A stretch of DNA of 22,371 nt from Candidatus Heimdallarchaeota archaeon B3_Heim (GTDB lineage: Archaea > Asgardarchaeota > Heimdallarchaeia > Hodarchaeales > Hodarchaeaceae). The notes beneath the pieces were generated by a model that was not told the DNA's origin, ran no database searches, and was given only the letters and a program-made list of their open reading frames with translations. The position numbers and the translations under genes are program-made. Positions 16,739 through 22,371 of this stretch are shown one piece after another. The DNA lies in the NCBI GenBank assembly GCA_003144275.1, contig NJBF01000048.1, positions 1 to 22,371 on the forward strand, given 5' to 3'. Every line of letters starts with the position of its first letter. The first letter of the stretch is position 1.

Positions 16739-17194
16739 ATGAAAATCAAACCTAAATTCGTTAGAAGAGAGTACTACGACAAAGACACCGAATTAAATAT
16801 CGATACAATTACAATGAAACGACTAGAAGAAAAAGGAACTGTTTTGACAAAGCTGGCTATTGCTTTGCGACCTCGATCTATTCGCATTTCTTATTATTCA
16901 GTAATTATGGCATTCATTCTATTAATTCTGGTTTTTATATCAAACACTGTAACAAGCACATTTACTTTTGGTGTCACACTCCTTCTTGGCATGTTACTTC
17001 TACTACCTTGGGCATTAAGTAGACAAGTTTGGGATAGTGAAAAAGCCAAAGTAATGTTAGAATATCATAGGAGTTCATTCCGCGCGGGAGCGTATCGTTT
17101 TGCAACCCTTATTCGATGGATATACGTTCTAGCTGTAATTATGGTCATATTGTTTCTTATTGTTGGTTTTTTTCAGGGATATTGGTTCGTTTAA
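16739..17194 (+). CDS. Hypothetical membrane protein (~3 TM helices)
   Basis: 151-aa ORF with three hydrophobic stretches. No family recognised. Confidence 0.65.
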   Translation: MKIKPKFVRREYYDKDTELNIDTITMKRLEEKGTVLTKLAIALRPRSIRISYYSVIMAFILLILVFISNTVTSTFTFGVTLLLGMLLLLPWALSRQVWDSEKAKVMLEYHRSSFRAGAYRFATLIRWIYVLAVIMVILFLIVGFFQGYWFV

Positions 17195-17521
17195 AGCCAC
17201 AAAACTTGAACTTCCTTATCTGAATAGGAAATGCTGATGATAATTCATCTCTAGTGAAGGTAAAAATCAAGACAACATGAGTATTTCTCTCTTTAAACCT
17301 TAATTTCTTCAAACGTCTGATTCTCTATCATTTCGCTGAGACTTATCTAGCCGATTGATAATTTTTCTTTTTCAGTTCATCTGGTCATTCTCTTTCTCTC
17401 CTCTCAAAGACGTATCCTAACTCGCTAGGTTGGTAGTAATAAAAAATAAGATTTTATTTGGTGTAGTATTATATTAGTCAAGTTAAAATGATCTAATTTT
17501 CTTGACCAAATCTATTTTAAG

Positions 17522-18874
17522 ATGAATAAAATAATTTGTTTGAAGTTTATGTCCAGTGAAAAGTCTTCCAATAATGTGATAAGTCTTCCAATAATAGTGT
17601 TAATCATCTTCTTTTCCGCGATATTAGTAAGTACTCTATTGTTTGTTCCCAGACCAGTCGTGGTTCAGGAAAAAGAACTCTGGCGAATCCAGTTAGGAGA
17701 TTACTGGAACGAAATATACCATATTGACCAAATCTTAGTATCTGATCTTTTTCATGCAACAAATGGGTCGGAAGTAATTACTTTAACTGATAGTATCGAC
17801 GTAATAAACGGCAAGAGTGGCATCCTTCTCTCGAATCCGAATATCAGTTCACTTGAAGTGGGAGATTGGGATGTTAATGCATTTCAACTGATCTATAACG
17901 AATCGGATCCCCATCTGATCACAACATGGTTCGGAGAACATAGGGATTATGGAATTCAAGTAGTTTCCTTTGATCCATTTAGGAGTAGAGCTGTGAATAT
18001 GACTGACATCCTGACAACTGGGAATACCTCTCATTATTTATCCTCCATACATGCCGTTCAGAGTGGATCTACACAAGCACAAATAATTCTGGGTACAAAA
18101 AAGGGGAAAATATTGGCCTATCACTTGGATGCTCTAAATTTAACATGGAATACCACCATTGATCCGTATGATTTTGTGATTTCTGGTATTGATGTTTTAC
18201 CAGCCAAGGAAGGGGTATTTGCGATTGGAAGCGATATTCATTTTTTAAATTCAAGTACTGGGGAGATGATTTGGGTGAAGAATCAAAATATCTCTTACTG
18301 CCAAAGCGCTCTTACTATTGACGCCAACCAAGATGGAACTGACGACTTAATACTCACCTTTATTGAAAGTGATAGAATTTATTCAACGATTATTGCAATT
18401 GACGGAAAAGACGGAGCTGAGATTTGGAGGAAGAGTTTTACTGAACCAGAACCATATCGATTGAGCTCGAATTCTGATTATCTCATTGGAAGTGATAATT
18501 CAAATATAAATCTCATTAATGTTTCAACAGGGAACATACTTTGGTCTTTTCCTGTTAAATCGCTTGATTATACCCATGGTTCCCCTCCAACAACCTTGTT
18601 GTCAGCGGATTTTGTACCGAATGTTCCTGGCTTCGAGATTGTTTTCAGTATTTCTATGTCGGGGAACCCCCCAGAGTTCCGTAATCTCTTCATACTCAGT
18701 GCAAACGGTAATTTGATTTGGACTTATAATTTACAGGTTTTAGAACCTGATTTTGAAATTGGTATAGCATATCTTATGCCCAAATCACTTGTCGCAGCTG
18801 ATCTTACTAGAGATGGGTCCTTGGAGTTATTAATTGGTACAACCAATAGTTGGTTGCTTGCTTTCGATTTTTAA
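17522..18874 (+). CDS. Surface beta-propeller protein with FG-GAP/VCBS-like and PQQ-like blades
   Basis: N-terminal hydrophobic anchor. Ca-blade motifs IDANQDGTDDLI and ADLTRDGSLELLIG. Blade motifs IDGKDGAEIWR, NVSTGNILWS and SANGNLIWT. The start may be the Met at MSSEK. Confidence 0.8.
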   Translation: MNKIICLKFMSSEKSSNNVISLPIIVLIIFFSAILVSTLLFVPRPVVVQEKELWRIQLGDYWNEIYHIDQILVSDLFHATNGSEVITLTDSIDVINGKSGILLSNPNISSLEVGDWDVNAFQLIYNESDPHLITTWFGEHRDYGIQVVSFDPFRSRAVNMTDILTTGNTSHYLSSIHAVQSGSTQAQIILGTKKGKILAYHLDALNLTWNTTIDPYDFVISGIDVLPAKEGVFAIGSDIHFLNSSTGEMIWVKNQNISYCQSALTIDANQDGTDDLILTFIESDRIYSTIIAIDGKDGAEIWRKSFTEPEPYRLSSNSDYLIGSDNSNINLINVSTGNILWSFPVKSLDYTHGSPPTTLLSADFVPNVPGFEIVFSISMSGNPPEFRNLFILSANGNLIWTYNLQVLEPDFEIGIAYLMPKSLVAADLTRDGSLELLIGTTNSWLLAFDF

Positions 18875-18981
18875 TTTCGTAGTTTTTCACATTTATTTTA
18901 TCCTTTTAAATAAAGAAAAAATTAATTTAGCAATTGAATTAATTTTCCAGCTCTGAGTTAGACCCTATGCAGTGTTGTTGT

Positions 18982-19180
18982 CTAATCAACATTGTGACTG
19001 TGAGAATGCCCAGAATGTGTGGTATTCACTGGATGAACACTGATTAGTAACTTGGGTATTTTATACATGTGTTCATTGCGTACATATTTGTGATCGAGAA
19101 AAGAACTCACATACGATGGATGTGGGGGTGTACATCTATCAAAACTGGGGTTGTTGCAAAAAGTCAACTTTGGCTCAGAA
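18982..19180 (-). other. Possible C-terminal fragment of an unidentified gene ending in a His-rich tail, cut by the junction
   Basis: Open frame ...TFCNNPSFDRCTPPHPSY...VHPVNTTHSGHSHSHNVD* with left-segment GC content. No family recognised. Confidence 0.3.
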
Positions 19181-19892
19181 AAATAATTCCTTTTTCTTTA
19201 CAGGTTAAATATAAATTATGATACTCTTTTAATAATAAATCATACTTCTTAGATATTTCAGGATCTTTGGAGAAAATTAAATTAATAGGCATAATGACAA
19301 TTGAACCGTCGATAATCACAATGTCGATATCAGTATATCTATTAATCATATTGTTAAGTAAATTAATTTCCATGAATTTCATGTCCATTGAGATCTTAGC
19401 TTCAATTGTGGTGTCATCACGATTCAAATAATTTCCCTGCACAGTATAATTATTAAATCCATTTAAGTCCGGAAAATATGCAATATTTGCTGAGTGATTT
19501 TTGTAAAATAAATATTTTACTGCTATAGCTTTTAGAAATGAAAAGTCCACATTCATAAATTTTTTAACAACTGAACTTCCATCTACACTAACGACATTTA
19601 ATCCTCTAATATTTGAGGATTTAACTTGTTGTTTTAAGAAAGATTCTTTAATATAATAATTAGAATAATTAATTAATCCAGAAAAATCTAAATCATCGAG
19701 ATTTTTTATTATTATTTCTATAAATTCAGTTTTTATTTTTTCAAGCTCAATATATTCATTCGCGATAGCTTTTAGATATTTCAGTAGAATTTGTTCTTTT
19801 GTAAAACTTGTATAAGATAAATTTTCTTTTTCTTTTAACAAATAATTTGTATGTTTACTATTAGACTTTAACGAATTATTCTCAATTGTCAT
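19164..19892 (-). CDS. nurA: NurA-family DNA double-strand break repair nuclease, C-terminally truncated
   Basis: Catalytic motifs VVSVDGS and IVIIDGSI. Ends at KGIIF-LSQS* just where the conserved G-x-x-K motif and C-terminal half are expected. Confidence 0.8.
   Translation of the reverse strand: MTIENNSLKSNSKHTNYLLKEKENLSYTSFTKEQILLKYLKAIANEYIELEKIKTEFIEIIIKNLDDLDFSGLINYSNYYIKESFLKQQVKSSNIRGLNVVSVDGSSVVKKFMNVDFSFLKAIAVKYLFYKNHSANIAYFPDLNGFNNYTVQGNYLNRDDTTIEAKISMDMKFMEINLLNNMINRYTDIDIVIIDGSIVIMPINLIFSKDPEISKKYDLLLKEYHNLYLTCKEKGIIFLSQS
19165..19190. other. Compositional and coding discontinuity (probable contig join or misassembly)
   Basis: Line 19021 has 22/60 GC and line 19201 has 11/60 GC (hand counts). 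The nurA frame ends abruptly here. Confidence 0.7.
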
Positions 19893-19985
19893 TTAAAGTA
19901 TTTAAAAATAGGATAAAAATAATAATAATGAGATATTTAATTTTTTGATTTCTTGAAGTTTTAAGAACATAAATATCTCAGATAA

Positions 19986-20639
19986 ATGTCCATCCAAATT
20001 GGAAGAAACCCATGGATTTTAATTGGGTTATCATCTCTTGAAATTTTATTCGTCATTTTACCAGCATTCATCGCTGGAAAAATTGAGAAAAAAGGAGTTA
20101 GAGAAGAACTAACTGAGATGGGTTTTAAAAAAAATCAAGATTCATTGATAGCAAATCTATTAAAAATCTTCACTGGTATTGGAATTGGTATTTTACTTTT
20201 TGCAACTGGTGGTTTCATTATTTACTTTTTCAGAGATATTATTGTTAAATTCATATTCGGAACGTCTTTCGTGCAACATGGTGATGCAGGAGCAATTTTA
20301 ACCCAACCAATTCAACCCAGTATAATTCAAGTAATAATAATCATTGTTTTACAGTTTTTGATTATTGGAATTTGTGAAGAAGCCTTCTTCCGAGCATTTT
20401 TAATAAACAAATTTAAAAATAAAATGAGATTAAGATATGCCTTGATATTCTCGTCAATATTTTTTACACTTTACCATGTTCCTCCCTTCTTAGTGCCAAT
20501 TACAACCACGATTACTTTTTTCGGATATTATTTTAGTATTGGACTTTTGTTATCTTTTATTTTTATATATTTTGATTATTCAATAATCCCTGTCTCAATT
20601 GCTCATTCTATTTTTAATATTTTAATCATTATATTATGA
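19986..20639 (+). CDS. CPBP (CAAX protease/Abi-like) intramembrane metalloprotease
   Basis: EEAFFR, FTLYH and AHSIFN motifs with multiple TM helices. Confidence 0.9.
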   Translation: MSIQIGRNPWILIGLSSLEILFVILPAFIAGKIEKKGVREELTEMGFKKNQDSLIANLLKIFTGIGIGILLFATGGFIIYFFRDIIVKFIFGTSFVQHGDAGAILTQPIQPSIIQVIIIIVLQFLIIGICEEAFFRAFLINKFKNKMRLRYALIFSSIFFTLYHVPPFLVPITTTITFFGYYFSIGLLLSFIFIYFDYSIIPVSIAHSIFNILIIIL

Positions 20640-20792
20640 GTAATATTTCATTTTAAAATAATAACTTTAAATTAAACAAAATTTAATTAATATTTGGTAT
20701 ATTAATATTTTAAATTAAAATCGATAAAATAACATAATCAATATCAATATTATAAAAAAATCAACACCAATTTCTAATTTGAATAATAAATA

Positions 20793-21335
20793 ATGACCGA
20801 TTATGATTTTACCTATAAAATATTAATGCTAGGTGATGCTAGCGTTGGTAAGACCTCACTTACAATAAGATATATCTCTGGATTTTTTTTAGAAGACCTC
20901 AAATTAACTATTGGTGTAGACTTTTATTCAAAAACTACTAATTTTAAAGATAAAAAAGTTAAACTTCAAATATGGGATTTTGGAGGAGAAGAGCGATTCA
21001 GATTTCTTCTTCATCAATATTGTAAGGGTGCTAATGGTGCTTTCTTTCTTTATGATATAACTAATTCTACTACTCTCGACCATCTACCAGATTGGACGTC
21101 AATCATCAGAGAGCATGCAGGTGATATACCCATAATGTTAATTGGTTCAAAACTCGATTTGGATGAATTTAGAGCCGTGTTAAGAAATGATGGAATACTA
21201 TCGGCAAGGAAATATAATCTTGCCTCATTTGCGGAATTATCTTCAAAAACAGGGCAAAATGTAGAAAAAGCATTTGAAGTTTTGACAGAAATTTTGTTTG
21301 AAAGATATTCAACTGAACAAAAGACTATTGTATAA
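20793..21335 (+). CDS. Rab-like small GTPase (Lokiarchaeia type)
   Basis: G1 GDASVGKT, G2 TIGVDF, G3 WDFGGEE, G4 SKLD, G5 SSK. No C-terminal Cys. Confidence 0.93.
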   Translation: MTDYDFTYKILMLGDASVGKTSLTIRYISGFFLEDLKLTIGVDFYSKTTNFKDKKVKLQIWDFGGEERFRFLLHQYCKGANGAFFLYDITNSTTLDHLPDWTSIIREHAGDIPIMLIGSKLDLDEFRAVLRNDGILSARKYNLASFAELSSKTGQNVEKAFEVLTEILFERYSTEQKTIV

Positions 21336-21425
21336 TTCAATACTATTTGTTAACCTAAAATATTTTAATAAATCATATCTTAATTACTTTAATAGTCCAA
21401 TCAATAACATAATACTTAATTTGGG

Positions 21426-21806
21426 GTGCATTTTATGATAGAAGTATTAAATAAAAAAGATAAGCTTGAAGGATATATAGATGGGAAGAAATATTTGAAT
21501 AAGAAAAGTAAATTATTAGGTTATATAGAGAATAATGAATTTAAGGATAAATCAGGTTATACTCTTTTAATTCTTACAGAAAATCGAGATATAACTTGGA
21601 ATGAGGGAGAAAAACAGGGATGGCTCGAAGATGGAAGGATTTACTCTTCACTTGATAATAGCCTTATTTTCGAGTTTAAAAAAGATAAAGGACAGATTCT
21701 TGATTCTGAGGGTGATGTAATTTTATATTTTAAGGGAGATTTTGAAAAATTAGATGATTTAGATTTCTTTGGAATTGCAGGACAATATCTTGAGTTATTT
21801 GCCTAG
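21426..21806 (+). CDS. Hypothetical protein with repeated short beta-hairpin motifs
   Basis: Repeats KLEGYIDG, KLLGYIEN and KQGWLEDG. The likely start is the ATG at 21435. Confidence 0.65.
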   Translation: MHFMIEVLNKKDKLEGYIDGKKYLNKKSKLLGYIENNEFKDKSGYTLLILTENRDITWNEGEKQGWLEDGRIYSSLDNSLIFEFKKDKGQILDSEGDVILYFKGDFEKLDDLDFFGIAGQYLELFA

Positions 21807-22249
21807 GTACTCATAATTTTGAAAAATATAAACCTCTAAATAACTTTTTTATATTATCATTTTTATTTAAAAGTTCAATTAAAATACTACGTTTCATCTT
21901 TATACAGAATATAGTTCTATTAGATAAGCAAAATTTTTATCTCCTAGATGTTTATTGATAATAAGGCAGATATTTTTCACCTATCGATGATGAATGATCA
22001 ATTGAATTAGGAATGATCATATCATTTGATAACAAAATTTGATCATTTCTTAATAACTGAATTCACTAGTAAAAAATTTGTCGATTTTTTTCATCAATTT
22101 TTTTTGTCGACCGTTTTTGATTGATCACATTTATCAGATTACTAAAGATCAACCAACACATTTATATATTAGGAATACTAATTTAAATTTAAATACACTT
22201 TAAAAATTAAAAAATCATTAATTAAAAAAAATTAGTGGAGGAATAAAAA

Positions 22250-22371
22250 ATGGCTGCATTTGCATGGAGTCCTCTTAGGGCTCTAATGAAGAAAGCCGGA
22301 GCTGAAATCGTAAGTCGAGCCGCAGTTGATAAATTAATGGATTATTTAGAAGAATATGCTAAAACATTAAC
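22250..22371 (+). CDS. Archaeal histone (partial, runs off the window; absent from the ORF track)
   Basis: GGAGG SD at 22237-22241. Translation MAAFAWSPLRALMKKAGAEIVSRAAVDKLMDYLEEYAKTL matches the histone-fold alpha1-L1-alpha2 pattern. Confidence 0.88.
   Translation, partial: MAAFAWSPLRALMKKAGAEIVSRAAVDKLMDYLEEYAKTL

Noticed and set aside
17200-17400. Possible eroded minus-strand coding remnant
   Set aside because: Multiple stops and no recognisable family.
17849-21340. ORFs 17849-18034, 18069-18254, 18519-18716 and 21050-21340
   Set aside because: Nested in or antisense to stronger genes.
1-22371. CRISPR arrays, rRNA, tRNA, integrase or prophage genes
   Set aside because: No regularly spaced repeats, cloverleaf patterns, GC-rich structural RNA tracts or viral hallmark motifs were seen by eye.

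Overview
Archaeal DNA of Asgard type, apparently two unrelated segments joined near 19,180. The left segment (1-~19,180; sampled 60-nt lines are 37-42% GC by hand count) encodes a thiolase, a deoxynucleoside kinase, an ABC-2 exporter whose permease appears internally deleted, a small secreted Gly/His/Cys-rich protein, an unannotated 55-aa protein with the TFE-beta/RPC34-type C-x2-C-x5-C-x10-C motif, and nadB. It continues with a five-gene corrinoid operon, a MinD/ParA ATPase lacking a canonical start and coupled to a longin-like/wHTH protein, a lysine/saccharopine dehydrogenase, a GH3 glucosidase, a decayed tnpB fragment and an FG-GAP beta-propeller. The right segment (sampled lines 15-25% GC) is Lokiarchaeia-like: a truncated nurA, a CPBP protease, a Rab-like GTPase, a hypothetical protein and the start of a histone. 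The best candidate for a new system is the corrinoid operon (7087-11183). It looks like a split B12 methionine synthase in which the methyl-folate module is replaced by a pyrrolysine-free MttB-family methyltransferase, i.e. predicted methylated amine/betaine -> corrinoid -> homocysteine. The stand-alone Fe-S microprotein is the second candidate. All family and taxonomic assignments come from motif recognition only; no database search was run.
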